A stretch of DNA of 64,000 nucleotides, from assembly GCA_031378375.1 (NCBI GenBank), contig JANNEF010000342.1:4156-68155 (forward strand), written 5' to 3'. Source of the DNA: Verrucomicrobiota bacterium. GTDB lineage: Bacteria > Verrucomicrobiota > Verrucomicrobiia > Limisphaerales > JANNEF01. The position numbers were made by a program, and so were the translations under genes. The notes under the pieces are model-generated. The model did no database searches and was not told the DNA's origin. It worked only from the letters and a program-made list of their open reading frames with translations. Positions 10,401 through 19,207 of this stretch are shown here, in pieces (the first letter of the stretch is position 1; every line of letters starts with the position of its first letter).

Positions 10401-13400
10401 ATACCGTGACCTGCGTCGCAACGGACGCTTCGGGCAACGCGAGCCGGTGCGAGTTCAGCGTCGTCGTGCGCGACACGGAAGCGCCTGTAGTGGTTTGTCC
10501 CGAACCGCAGATCGTCGAATGCGAAGGGTTGGACGGCACGGCCGTCAACTTCGCCGCGAGCGCCACGGACAACTGCGACGGAATCGTGCCCGTGGACTGC
10601 GCGCCCGCGTCGGGCACCGTGTTCGCGCCGGGCGCAACCATCGTCACATGCTCCACGACCGACAGCAGTGACAACAGCGGCGCGTGCGAATTTGTGGTGG
10701 TGGTTCAAGATGCAACGGCGCCAGCGATCACCTGTCCGTCGAGCCAGACCGTGGAATGCGCCGGGCCGGATGGCACGGTGGCGGTGTTCGAGGCCGCCGC
10801 CTCTGACTTGTGCGATACGAATGTTGTGGTGTCGTGCGAACCGCCGTCGGGCGGCCTGTTCCCGGCCGGCATCACCACCGTGACCTGCACCGCCGCCGAC
10901 TCCAGTGGCAACAAGGCCGAATGCAGTTTCACGGTGACCGTGGCCGACGGCGCGGCGCCGAGCCTCACCTGCCCGGACAGTCAGACCTTGGCCTGCACCG
11001 GCCCGGATGGCGCGGTGGCGACGTTCACGGCGAGCGCGGTGGATGCGTGCGATACGAACGCGACGGTGGAATGCGTGCCAGCGAGTGCCAGTGCCTTCGC
11101 CCCCGGCACGACGACGGTGACCTGCACTGCGACCGACGCCGCCGGCAACCGGAGCGAATGCAGCTTTACCGTGACGGTGACGGACGTGGAACCCCCGGTG
11201 GTTGTTTGCCCCGGAGACATCACCATGGCCAGCGACAATGACCTATGTGGCGCGGTGGTGAGGTTCGACGCCAGCGCCAGCGACACCTGCGGCAGCGCGA
11301 CGGTCGTCTGCCAGCCCGCTTCCGATTCAATCTTCCCCGTTGGCACGACCAGCGTCGCTTGCACGGCCACCGACGCCGCCGGCAACACGAACGCCTGCGC
11401 ATTTGCGGTCACGGTACTCGACCAGCAGGCGCCGGTAATCATTTGCTCGTCGAACCTCACCGCCACGGCGTTGCCGGATCAGACGACCGCGCTTGTTGGG
11501 TTCACCGTCGCGGCCACCGACAACTGTGGCAGTCCAACCGTGGTGTGCGCGCCGCCGTCCGGCAGTGCGTTCCCCGTGGGCGCGACGACGGTGGAGTGCA
11601 GCGCGAGCGACGTGGCGGGGAACACGAACACCTGCAGCTTCACTGTCACGGTGGAAGCCGGTTGCGCGCTCCACACCGCCTCCGCCTTGACCAGCCTGGT
11701 GAAGACCGTTGGCGAGAGCGTCGTGTTCACCACGGAGGTTGCCGGCGTCGGGCCGTTCACGTTCGTGTGGCGGCACGACGGCGCGGTGGTGCCGGATGTG
11801 ACGGGCAATTCGCTCGCCATCGGCTCCGTCAAATCCGCCGACGCGGGCGCGTATTGCGTCGAAGTCACCGGCCCCTGTGGCAGCGTCACCAACTGCACGA
11901 CCCTCGCGGTCATCGATCCCTTCGACGCCTGCTTGATCAGCCATTGGAAATTCGATGAGGGCGCTTCGGTCGCGGCACTTGACGCCGCGAATGGCAATCG
12001 CGGCACGCTCGTCAACGGGCCGGTGCGCACGCCCGGACGGTTTGGGGATGCGCTGCGGTTTGACGGGGTGAACGATCACGTCAACGTGCCGGACAGCCAT
12101 TCGCTGGATGTGTCGAACAAGTTTTCGATCAGCCTGTGGTTCAAGCCGTCCGAGTTGCTCAATGCGCGAAGCGGACGCAAGGACATTTTCGCCAAGTACG
12201 CCGCCTACTGGCTCATCATGAACTTCCCCACGAACGACGGCAGACTGGCGTTTGCGCTCAACACCGGCGGGGAGATCGTGAAGTCCCGGACGGATTCATG
12301 GCAGGCCGACCGTTGGTACCACGCCGCCGCCACCTACGACGGCGCGATGATGAAACTCTACGTGGACGGCGTGCTGGAAGGCGCGGGTGCCACGACCGCT
12401 CTGCCCGCCAACACCATCTACCCGCTCCAAATCGGCGGCGACACTTTCCTGAGCCGCTACTTCCCCGGTTGCATTGACGACGCGCGGCTTTACGGCTGCG
12501 CGCTCACGGCGGCCGAGGTGTTGAATCTCTTCGGCGGTTCGCTCCCGGCCAACCACCCGCCGGCCATCTCGGCCATCGCGGACCAGACCACGCACAAGAA
12601 CGAGACGATCACCGGCATTCCCTTCACGATTGCGGACGCGGAAACCCTGCCCAGCTTTTTGACGGTCAGCGCCAGTTCAGACAACCCGGTGCTCGTGCCC
12701 ACCGCGAATCTTGTTCCCGGCGGCAGCGGCTTCAACCGCAATCTGACGATCACGCCCGCCTCTGGCCAGTCCGGCACGGCGAAAATCACCGTCACCGTCA
12801 GTGACGGCGAGGCGAGCGCGAGCACCCTGTTCACGGTGACCGTCCTGAGCACTCCGGCGCCCGCCGCAGCGCTGATCAGCCGGTGGCGCTTCGACGAGCC
12901 CGACGGACTGACGGCGCTCGACTCGGCCAACGGCAATCCCGGCGCGCTGCTTAACGGACCAGTCCGCGCGCCCGGCAAACTCGGCGGGGCGCTGCGCTTT
13001 GACGGTGTCAACGATGTGGTGAGCATCCCCGACAACAACTCGCTCGACGTGTCCAACAAGTTTTCCATCGCCCTGTGGTTCAAACCGTCGCAACTCCTCG
13101 ACGCCAGTTGCGGGCGCAAGGATCTGTTCAGGAAATACGCCTCCTACTGGCTGATCATGAATTTCCCCAGCCGTGATGGGAAGCTGGCCTTTGTGCTCAA
13201 CACCGGCACGCCCATTGTGAAATCCACCACCACTTCCTGGAACGCCGACCAGTGGTATCACGCCGCGGCCGTGTATGACGGCATGAACATGAACCTCTAC
13301 GTCAACGGCGTGCTGGAAGGTTCCGTCCCGGCGGTCGCGGTGCCGAAGAACACGATTTATCCCGTGCAGATCGGTGGCAGCACCGAACTGAACTTCTACT

Positions 13401-13753
13401 TCCCCGGCTGCATTGACGACGCGCGGCTCTATGGCAGTTGCCTGTCCGCCGCGGACGTGCAGGGCGTCATTGACGAAGCCACCCCGCCGCCGCCCGCGCC
13501 CGCGCCACTCCTGCGCGAACTGGCGCGGGAAAGCGGACTGGCCGTGCGCATGACCATGGATGACGGCCTGGCCAAACTCGTGTGGAAAGCCGTGCCGGGC
13601 AAAACCTATCGCGTCCAGTACAAGAACCACCTCGGCGATCCGACGTGGCACGACCTCCCCGGCGAGGTGCTGGCGCGGGACGAGATGACTGCGACGACGG
13701 ATTTCGTCGGCGACCTCCCGCAACGGTTCTATCGCGTGGTCGCACTGCCGTAA
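7478..13753 (+). CDS. Giant secreted surface protein: tandem HYR (hyalin-repeat) modules, Ig-like module, two LamG (Laminin_G_3-like) modules, C-terminal beta-sandwich
   Basis: Signal peptide 'MKTRNLFTRILQAGVLIAGTLHS' at ATG 7478 (track ORF from 7355). At least 14 tandem ~80-aa repeats of form 'DT.aP.I.CP.dlt.EC.G..G....' then 'C.P.sGs.F.lGTTtV.C.A.D.SGN...CsFtVTV'. Ig-like 'FTFVWRHDG..AGAYCVEV'. Two LamG modules 'W.FDE..LRFDGVND.V..YFPGCIDDARLYG'. Tail 'YRVQYKN..RFYRVVALP'. Confidence 0.85.
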   Translation: MKTRNLFTRILQAGVLIAGTLHSTVASVVEPPAINCSPARTVQCGESWSFDEPAATVSCGVATVAVVSTMTNAACGNTFTATRTWQVTDECERTNTCSQVITVQDTNNPAITCPADVTVECFADLPPVDLGALTASDCSDVITSHVGDEAVTNGFVITMTRTYKATDLCGNSAACVQIITVQDTTAPNIFCPPDLTIECAGPGGIAGSTAVFYGVELSENCDFNNLTMVCDPPTGSLFPLGTTTVNCTAADASGNTNTCGFTVTVADTTRPDITCPADLTLECAGPDGTTANWIISATDACDANPTVVCNPAPGSTFALGTSTVTCVASDTSGNATNCSFTITVADETMPGIACPPNLTVECAGTAGTVATWNVTASDACDATSPAVVCDPATGSAFALGTTTVTCSATDTSGNRAECSFTVTVADTTAPNIFCPTSATIECLAPEGIAGATVVLYPLPETSDQCDLAVAVVCEPPAGNLFPLGTTTVNCTATDTSGNTNACDFSITVVDTLPPELRCPTNGVFDCAIGAEFIFEAVATDFCDTNVTVSCEPPSGSRFALGTTTVNCTATDASGNTTSCSFTITRVDETAPTITCPSDLTVTIEPISEGVVVPFSVSAMDNCGDVVPVCAPPSDSFFTPGATTVVCSVSDAAGNTNECRFVVTVIVVSGDTEAPTIVCPGSLTLDCAGPEGTPATFTASATDNVDTSVIVICVPPSGTAFPPGETTVVCTAADVSGNATNCSFTVTISDTTPPLACLEAKRLVTSGVDDHFDDLSNVEPAAPSDGLKAQLGDAPLRSFDDCVLSRTFAHTFDNLPAGEILGARLRFRLAACEDTSVDDVIKLQFANPDGSLLPARWERSIGELAGGLWLFGFDLEFPALDLSSLTNADGSIADLLPTLRANRFLDIIVAEDTMVDFIELELTICACHEDLVADNDPGECGATVSFAPPAFTDLCDANLSIVCTPPSGTFLPLGLHTVTCVATDASGNASRCEFSVVVRDTEAPVVVCPEPQIVECEGLDGTAVNFAASATDNCDGIVPVDCAPASGTVFAPGATIVTCSTTDSSDNSGACEFVVVVQDATAPAITCPSSQTVECAGPDGTVAVFEAAASDLCDTNVVVSCEPPSGGLFPAGITTVTCTAADSSGNKAECSFTVTVADGAAPSLTCPDSQTLACTGPDGAVATFTASAVDACDTNATVECVPASASAFAPGTTTVTCTATDAAGNRSECSFTVTVTDVEPPVVVCPGDITMASDNDLCGAVVRFDASASDTCGSATVVCQPASDSIFPVGTTSVACTATDAAGNTNACAFAVTVLDQQAPVIICSSNLTATALPDQTTALVGFTVAATDNCGSPTVVCAPPSGSAFPVGATTVECSASDVAGNTNTCSFTVTVEAGCALHTASALTSLVKTVGESVVFTTEVAGVGPFTFVWRHDGAVVPDVTGNSLAIGSVKSADAGAYCVEVTGPCGSVTNCTTLAVIDPFDACLISHWKFDEGASVAALDAANGNRGTLVNGPVRTPGRFGDALRFDGVNDHVNVPDSHSLDVSNKFSISLWFKPSELLNARSGRKDIFAKYAAYWLIMNFPTNDGRLAFALNTGGEIVKSRTDSWQADRWYHAAATYDGAMMKLYVDGVLEGAGATTALPANTIYPLQIGGDTFLSRYFPGCIDDARLYGCALTAAEVLNLFGGSLPANHPPAISAIADQTTHKNETITGIPFTIADAETLPSFLTVSASSDNPVLVPTANLVPGGSGFNRNLTITPASGQSGTAKITVTVSDGEASASTLFTVTVLSTPAPAAALISRWRFDEPDGLTALDSANGNPGALLNGPVRAPGKLGGALRFDGVNDVVSIPDNNSLDVSNKFSIALWFKPSQLLDASCGRKDLFRKYASYWLIMNFPSRDGKLAFVLNTGTPIVKSTTTSWNADQWYHAAAVYDGMNMNLYVNGVLEGSVPAVAVPKNTIYPVQIGGSTELNFYFPGCIDDARLYGSCLSAADVQGVIDEATPPPPAPAPLLRELARESGLAVRMTMDDGLAKLVWKAVPGKTYRVQYKNHLGDPTWHDLPGEVLARDEMTATTDFVGDLPQRFYRVVALP

Positions 13754-13845
13754 GCCGCGCCCTCCTCGCGTCGCGTTGGGCGGCGCGAGGCTTGGAAGTG
13801 GGTTGACTGCCGGCGCGTGGCCTCGTAACAGTTGCCGCCAGCATT

Positions 13846-14763
13846 ATGAAATCCGCCGCCGCGTCTGCCTTGCGCCTTCCTGCCGTGCCCACCATTGATC
13901 AAGTCATGGTGGAGGAGCGCGCCGCGTCCTTCACCAAGCGCAGCATCAAGACGAGCACCAAGCTGGCCGGGCTGAAGCTGGCCGTGAGCATGTGCGACCT
14001 CACCACGCTCGAAGGCAAGGACACACCCGGCAAGGTCGCCTACCTCTGCCGCAAGGCGCTCCAGCCCATCGAGGCGAAATACAATGTGCCGCCGTGCGCC
14101 GCCGTGTGCGTCTATCCGAGCATGGTTCGCAGCGCGCGGAGATTTCTCGGCGATAATTCCGCCGTCCACGTCGCCTCCGTCGCCACGGGTTTTCCCAGCG
14201 GCCAGTTTCCGTTGCGCACCAGGCTCGAAGAAGTCCGCCGCGCCGTGGCCGACGGCGCGGATGAAATTGACATGGTCATTGATCGCGGCGCGTTCCTCGC
14301 CGGACAACACGCGCGCGTTGCTGACGAGATCGCCGCCGTGAAGGAAGCCTGCGGCCCGGCGCATCTGAAGGTCATTCTTGAAACCGGTGAACTGGTCACC
14401 TACGACAACGTCCGCCTCGCCAGCCAACTGGCGATGGAAGCGGGCGCGGATTTCATCAAGACGAGCACGGGTAAGGTTTCCCCCGCCGCCACCATGCCCG
14501 TTACGCTCGTGATGCTGGAGGCCATCCGCGATTATTTTTTCGCCACCGGCATCCGCGTCGGCATGAAGCCCGCCGGCGGCATCCGCACGTCCAAGCAGGC
14601 GCTCGCCTACCTCGTGATGGTGAAGGAGACGCTCGGCGATGACTGGCTTACGCCCGACCTGTTCCGCTTCGGCGCCAGCACGCTCGTCAACGACGTGCTC
14701 ATGCAAGTCGCCAGGCTGGCGGATGGCAGCTACCAGGGCGCGGACTACTTTTCACTGCCATGA
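13846..14763 (+). CDS. deoC: Deoxyribose-phosphate aldolase (long form)
   Basis: 'DLTTLEGKDTPGKV', 'VCVYPSMV', 'VATGFPSGQ', 'EIDMVIDRG', catalytic-Lys region 'FIKTSTGK'. Confidence 0.85.
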   Translation: MKSAAASALRLPAVPTIDQVMVEERAASFTKRSIKTSTKLAGLKLAVSMCDLTTLEGKDTPGKVAYLCRKALQPIEAKYNVPPCAAVCVYPSMVRSARRFLGDNSAVHVASVATGFPSGQFPLRTRLEEVRRAVADGADEIDMVIDRGAFLAGQHARVADEIAAVKEACGPAHLKVILETGELVTYDNVRLASQLAMEAGADFIKTSTGKVSPAATMPVTLVMLEAIRDYFFATGIRVGMKPAGGIRTSKQALAYLVMVKETLGDDWLTPDLFRFGASTLVNDVLMQVARLADGSYQGADYFSLP

Positions 14764-15062
14764 CAGATCCATCGCCGGAGCAGGGTGAACTTTCCTGGTA
14801 CGCCAGCCCGGAGCGCGATGGCCATGCCATGTGGCAGCGGCAGCGGCGCGAGACAATGTCCCAACTGGCCCGTAAACTGGGCCTGCCGCTGGGCCATCCG
14901 GTCGAAGTGTGGCTGCGCGGCGACATCCGCCTGCGCGGCACGCTCCGACTGCGCGAGGAGATGCTGTTCATGCCGGACGACCAGGAGTGTAATTTGCAAC
15001 TGACCGTGGACGGGGTGCATTTTACCACCGCCGAAATGGAGTCGTGCGTGCGAAGAGACTGA
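14760..15062 (+). CDS. Hypothetical 100-aa protein, translationally coupled to deoC
   Basis: Its ATG overlaps the deoC TGA (ATGA at 14760-14763). No recognisable motif; codon usage looks like the neighbours. Confidence 0.45.
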   Translation: MTDPSPEQGELSWYASPERDGHAMWQRQRRETMSQLARKLGLPLGHPVEVWLRGDIRLRGTLRLREEMLFMPDDQECNLQLTVDGVHFTTAEMESCVRRD

Positions 15063-15070
15063 GCGATGAC

Positions 15071-15769
15071 ATGGAACCCACGCCCGTCCCGCGCGTCAAA
15101 ATCTGCTGCATCGCCACGGTCGCCGAGGCGTGGCTGGCCATCCGTTGCGGCGCGTCCGCGCTGGGGCTGGTGTCCGAAATGCCGAGCGGGCCGGGCGTGA
15201 TTTCCGAGGAGGCGATCGCTGGCATCGCCGCCGTCGTGCCGCCGCCCATCGCCACGTTCCTGCTCACTTCGCGGCAAAGCTCGGAGGCCATCATCGCGCA
15301 ACACCGCCGCTGCCGCACCGACACACTGCAACTCTGTGATCGGCTGGAGCCAGGCGCCCATGAGCGGTTGCGCGCCGCGCTGCCTGGCATCGCACTGGTG
15401 CAAGTCATCCACGTCGCCGGAGAGTCATCCGTGGCTGAAGCCGTCTCGGTTGCTTCGCATGTGGACGCGCTGTTGCTCGATTCGGGCAATCAGGCGCTGC
15501 CGATCAAGGAACTCGGCGGCACCGGACGCACCCACGACTGGACGTTAAGCCGCCGCATCCGTGAACTCGCGCCTGTGCCGGTGTTCCTCGCCGGTGGCCT
15601 GAAACCGGAAAACGCCGTCGCCGCCACGCGCGCCGTGCAACCCTTCGGCCTGGATCTGTGCAGCAGCGTCCGCACGGAAGGCCGGCTGGATGAAAAGAAA
15701 CTCCGCAGCTTCTTCGCCGCGATGTCCCTCCCGCCTGAAAGTGTTGGCCACGCCGACGGGATGGCTTAA
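15071..15769 (+). CDS. trpF: Phosphoribosylanthranilate isomerase-like (TrpF family) protein
   Basis: 'VKICCI', 'GGTGRTHDW', 'FLAGGLKPENA', 'GLDLCSSVR' follow the PRAI family pattern. ATG at 15071 is preferred over the GTG at 15044 used by the track. Confidence 0.7.
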   Translation: MEPTPVPRVKICCIATVAEAWLAIRCGASALGLVSEMPSGPGVISEEAIAGIAAVVPPPIATFLLTSRQSSEAIIAQHRRCRTDTLQLCDRLEPGAHERLRAALPGIALVQVIHVAGESSVAEAVSVASHVDALLLDSGNQALPIKELGGTGRTHDWTLSRRIRELAPVPVFLAGGLKPENAVAATRAVQPFGLDLCSSVRTEGRLDEKKLRSFFAAMSLPPESVGHADGMA

Positions 15770-15783
15770 CCTCACGCCTCAAC

Positions 15784-17367
15784 ATGAAAGTGACACTCAA
15801 ACGAAAAGCCGCCGTCAAGCGCGCCCCGGCTGCGTCTGCCTCACTGGCTGTCCGTCAGGCTGGAAAATTGTCCGGAACCCAGGCTGCGCGTCCGGTCGTC
15901 CCCGCGCGCGACCGCCGCCTGGATTTTGGCGGCAAGTGGGATTACGCGCCCGCGCCGGAGGAGTCGAAGAATTACGTCATCGCGCCGCAGCATGAGTTGT
16001 TCATCAACGGCAGGTTTGTCGCGCCGAGTTCGGGAAAATATTTTGAGTCCATCAACCCCGCCACCGAGCAGACGCTCACCACGATAGCGGCGGCGAATGA
16101 AGCGGATGTGGATTCGGCGGTGAAGGCGGCGCGCAAGGCTTACGACAAGGTCTGGAGCAAGATGCCGGGACGCGAGCGCGGAAAGTATCTGTATCGCATC
16201 GCGCGGATCATCCAGGAGAAATCGCGCGAGCTGGCCGTGCTCGAAACGATGGACGGCGGCAAGCCCATCAAGGAAAGCCGCGACGTGGATTTGCCGCTCG
16301 TGGCCGCGCACTTCTTTTATTACGCCGGCTGGGCGGACAAGTTGAAATACGTGTTCCCGGGAAAGACGCCTCAGCCGCTCGGTGTCGCGGGGCAGATCAT
16401 CCCGTGGAATTTTCCGTTGCTCATGGCGGCGTGGAAAATCGCGCCCGCACTCGCGTGCGGCAACACCGTCGTACTCAAGCCCGCCGAGACCACGAGCCTC
16501 ACGGCGCTGCGGCTGGCGCAGATTTTTCAGGAGGCGGAATTGCCCGAAGGCGTGGTGAACATCGTCACCGGCGCGGGCGAAACCGGTGTGGCGCTCGTCA
16601 ATCATCCGGACATCAACAAGCTCGCGTTCACCGGCAGCACGGAGGTCGGCAAGCGCATCGCGCAGGCGGTCGCGGGCACGAAGAAAAAACTCACACTCGA
16701 ACTCGGCGGCAAGGCGGCGAACATTTTGTTCGAGGACGCGCCAATTGATCAGGCCATCGAAGGCGTCATCAACGGAATCTATTTCAACCAGGGCCACGTG
16801 TGTTGCGCTGGATCCCGGTTGTTCGTGCAGGAAGGGATTCATTCCCAGGTCATCAAGAAACTGCGCGACCGCATCCAGACATTGCGCGTCGGCAATCCGC
16901 TCGACAAGAACACCGACATCGGCGCGATCAATTCGCGGCCGCAGCTCGAAAAAATCCGCGAGCTGGTGCAAAGCGGTGTGGACGAAGGCGCGGAGTTGAC
17001 GCAGACGCAATGCACGCTTCCCGTGAAAGGTTATTGGTTCGCCCCGTCGTTTCTCACGGGCGTCACGCACGCGCACCGCGTGGCGTCGGAGGAAATTTTC
17101 GGGCCGGTGTTGAGCGTGATGACGTTCCGCACGCCGGAGGAGGCGTTCGAGCGCGCGAACAACATCCCCTACGGCTTGAGCGCGGGCGTGTGGACGGACA
17201 AGGGCAGCAAGATTTTCAAGATGGTCAACAAGCTGCGTGCCGGCGTCGTCTGGGCGAATACTTACAACAAGTTCGACCCAACGAGTCCGTTCGGCGGCTA
17301 CAAGGAAAGCGGCTTTGGGCGTGAGGGCGGGTTGCAGGGGCTGGCGGCGTATTGTCGGCTGGATTGA
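15784..17367 (+). CDS. NAD(P)-dependent aldehyde dehydrogenase with ~75-aa N-terminal extension
   Basis: '[11 protein letters not shown]', 'ELGGKAANI', catalytic Cys '[10 protein letters not shown]', 'EEIFGPV', '[11 protein letters not shown]'. Confidence 0.9.
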   Translation: MKVTLKRKAAVKRAPAASASLAVRQAGKLSGTQAARPVVPARDRRLDFGGKWDYAPAPEESKNYVIAPQHELFINGRFVAPSSGKYFESINPATEQTLTTIAAANEADVDSAVKAARKAYDKVWSKMPGRERGKYLYRIARIIQEKSRELAVLETMDGGKPIKESRDVDLPLVAAHFFYYAGWADKLKYVFPGKTPQPLGVAGQIIPWNFPLLMAAWKIAPALACGNTVVLKPAETTSLTALRLAQIFQEAELPEGVVNIVTGAGETGVALVNHPDINKLAFTGSTEVGKRIAQAVAGTKKKLTLELGGKAANILFEDAPIDQAIEGVINGIYFNQGHVCCAGSRLFVQEGIHSQVIKKLRDRIQTLRVGNPLDKNTDIGAINSRPQLEKIRELVQSGVDEGAELTQTQCTLPVKGYWFAPSFLTGVTHAHRVASEEIFGPVLSVMTFRTPEEAFERANNIPYGLSAGVWTDKGSKIFKMVNKLRAGVVWANTYNKFDPTSPFGGYKESGFGREGGLQGLAAYCRLD

Positions 17368-17488
17368 TCCCGTCCAGATAAGCAGTGGAGCGCGAGCTTA
17401 CGCGCAACGCGGATAGGACGTTTCACCGGCGGTCAGAGTTTTTACTTGGCCTTGCTCGCAACCTTTCGACTACAGTCGCGCTCGCTTC

Positions 17489-18454
17489 ATGGACAACGGA
17501 ACGATGATCGAAGTCGAGCACCTGACCAAACGCTACACGGGCCGCGCTGCGGTGGCGGACGTGTCGTTTACGGTCAGGCGCGGCGAAATCGTCGGCCTGC
17601 TCGGCCCCAACGGCGCGGGCAAGAGCACCATCCTGCGCATCCTCTCCTGCTTCATGCCGGCCACCAGCGGCACAGTGCGGGTCGGAGGACTGGACGTCTT
17701 CACGCAGGCGGACGACGTGCGCCGCCGGCTCGGCTACATGCCGGAGAACAATCCGCTGCACCGCGACATGCGCGTGCGGGAGTATCTGAAATTCCGCGCG
17801 CGGCTCAAGGGCCTCAGCCGCGCCGCCTCCCGCGACCGCGTGGATGTGGTGATGCAGCAGTGCGGCCTTGACGATGTTCACCGCCGCATCATCGGCCACT
17901 TGTCCAAAGGCTACCAGCAGCGCGTCGGGCTGGCGGACGCGCTGGTGAACGAACCGGAGTTGATCATCCTCGACGAGCCAACCATCGGGTTGGACCCGAA
18001 CCAGATTCGCTCGGTGCGCCAACTGATCAAAGACCTTCGACCGAAGCACACCGTGCTCATCTCGACGCACATCCTCCCGGAAGTGGAGATGACGTGCAAC
18101 CGCGTGCTCATCCTCGATCACGGCACCATCCGCGCCGCCGACACACCGGAGAATTTGCAGAAGATCATGAGCGAGACCGGCCAGGTGATCGCCGAGATCG
18201 CCGCGCCGTGGGCGGACTTGAAGAATTGCTGGGACCAGTTGCCCGAAGTGCAGAGCTTCGATCTGGCGGCGGCGGAAGGCGACTACATCCGCTGCGCGTT
18301 GACGGCCCGGGCGGGGGTGGATTTGCGACCGCAGGTGTTCGCGATGGTGCGTGATCGGGGCTGGGCGCTACGGGAGTTGTCGCGCAGCCGCCATTCGCTG
18401 GAGGACATTTTTGTGCGTGTCACCCGGGCGGATCGGGAGGAGGAGGAAAGCTGA
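17489..18454 (+). CDS. ABC transporter ATP-binding protein (ABC-2 / GldA-like)
   Basis: Walker A 'GPNGAGKST', signature 'LSKGYQQR', Walker B 'LIILDEPT'. Stop overlaps the next start (TGATG). Confidence 0.9.
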   Translation: MDNGTMIEVEHLTKRYTGRAAVADVSFTVRRGEIVGLLGPNGAGKSTILRILSCFMPATSGTVRVGGLDVFTQADDVRRRLGYMPENNPLHRDMRVREYLKFRARLKGLSRAASRDRVDVVMQQCGLDDVHRRIIGHLSKGYQQRVGLADALVNEPELIILDEPTIGLDPNQIRSVRQLIKDLRPKHTVLISTHILPEVEMTCNRVLILDHGTIRAADTPENLQKIMSETGQVIAEIAAPWADLKNCWDQLPEVQSFDLAAAEGDYIRCALTARAGVDLRPQVFAMVRDRGWALRELSRSRHSLEDIFVRVTRADREEEES

Positions 18455-19206
18455 TGCAAGCCTACCTGACCCTCGTGCGCCGCGAGATGGGTTCGCACTT
18501 CCTGTCGTGGAGCGGTTACGTGGTGCTCTCGGCAGTGGTGCTGTTGCTGGGGTTGAGCTTCACCAACCTGCTCCAGGTGCTGAATTCCGAGGCGACGGAT
18601 CGGCCCGTCACCGAGATGTTTTACGGCACGATGTATTTCTGGCTCATCCTGCTGCTGGCCGCACCGGTGATCACGATGCGGACGTTTGCGCGCGAGAAAT
18701 CCTCCGGCACGTTCGAGACGCTGATGACGACGCCGGTGCGCGACGCGGTCGTGGTGCTGGCAAAGTTCACCGGCGCGCTGCTGTTCTACATCATTCTCTG
18801 GCTGCCGTTGCTGGCGTGCGTGTTCATCGTGCGGCATTTCAGCAACGATCCGGCGGTGCTCGATCCGGGCACGCTCGGCTCGACCTATCTCGGCATCATA
18901 TTGCTGGGCGGGCTTTACATGTCGCTGGGTTGTTTTGCGTCAGCCCTGACCCGCAGCCAGATTGTCGCGGCGATGATCACGTTTGCGGGCGGCATCTCGC
19001 TGTTTCTGCTGAGTTTCATTTCGATGTCCTTCACGAAGCAGACGGGTTGGAAGGCGCAACTCTTCGCGCACGTCGGTTTGATCGAGCAGATGCAGGACTT
19101 CGCGCGCGGCGTGGTGGACACCCGGCCCGTGGTGTTCTACCTGAGCCTGACTTTTTTCTTTCTGTTCCTGACGCACAAGGTGGTCGAGAGCCGCCGGTGG
19201 AAATGA
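18454..19206 (+). CDS. ABC-2 type permease (GldF-like)
   Basis: 250 aa and multi-pass hydrophobic. Positioned between the ATPase and the GldG-like gene with 1-nt overlap and 1-nt gap. Confidence 0.75.
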   Translation: MQAYLTLVRREMGSHFLSWSGYVVLSAVVLLLGLSFTNLLQVLNSEATDRPVTEMFYGTMYFWLILLLAAPVITMRTFAREKSSGTFETLMTTPVRDAVVVLAKFTGALLFYIILWLPLLACVFIVRHFSNDPAVLDPGTLGSTYLGIILLGGLYMSLGCFASALTRSQIVAAMITFAGGISLFLLSFISMSFTKQTGWKAQLFAHVGLIEQMQDFARGVVDTRPVVFYLSLTFFFLFLTHKVVESRRWK

Positions 19207-19207
19207 C

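Noticed and set aside
7478-13753. Diversity-generating retroelement targeting the giant adhesin or the 61.4-62.2 kb coiled-coil/head protein
   Set aside because: The window has no reverse transcriptase ORF, and I noticed no template-repeat copy of either gene's 3' end.
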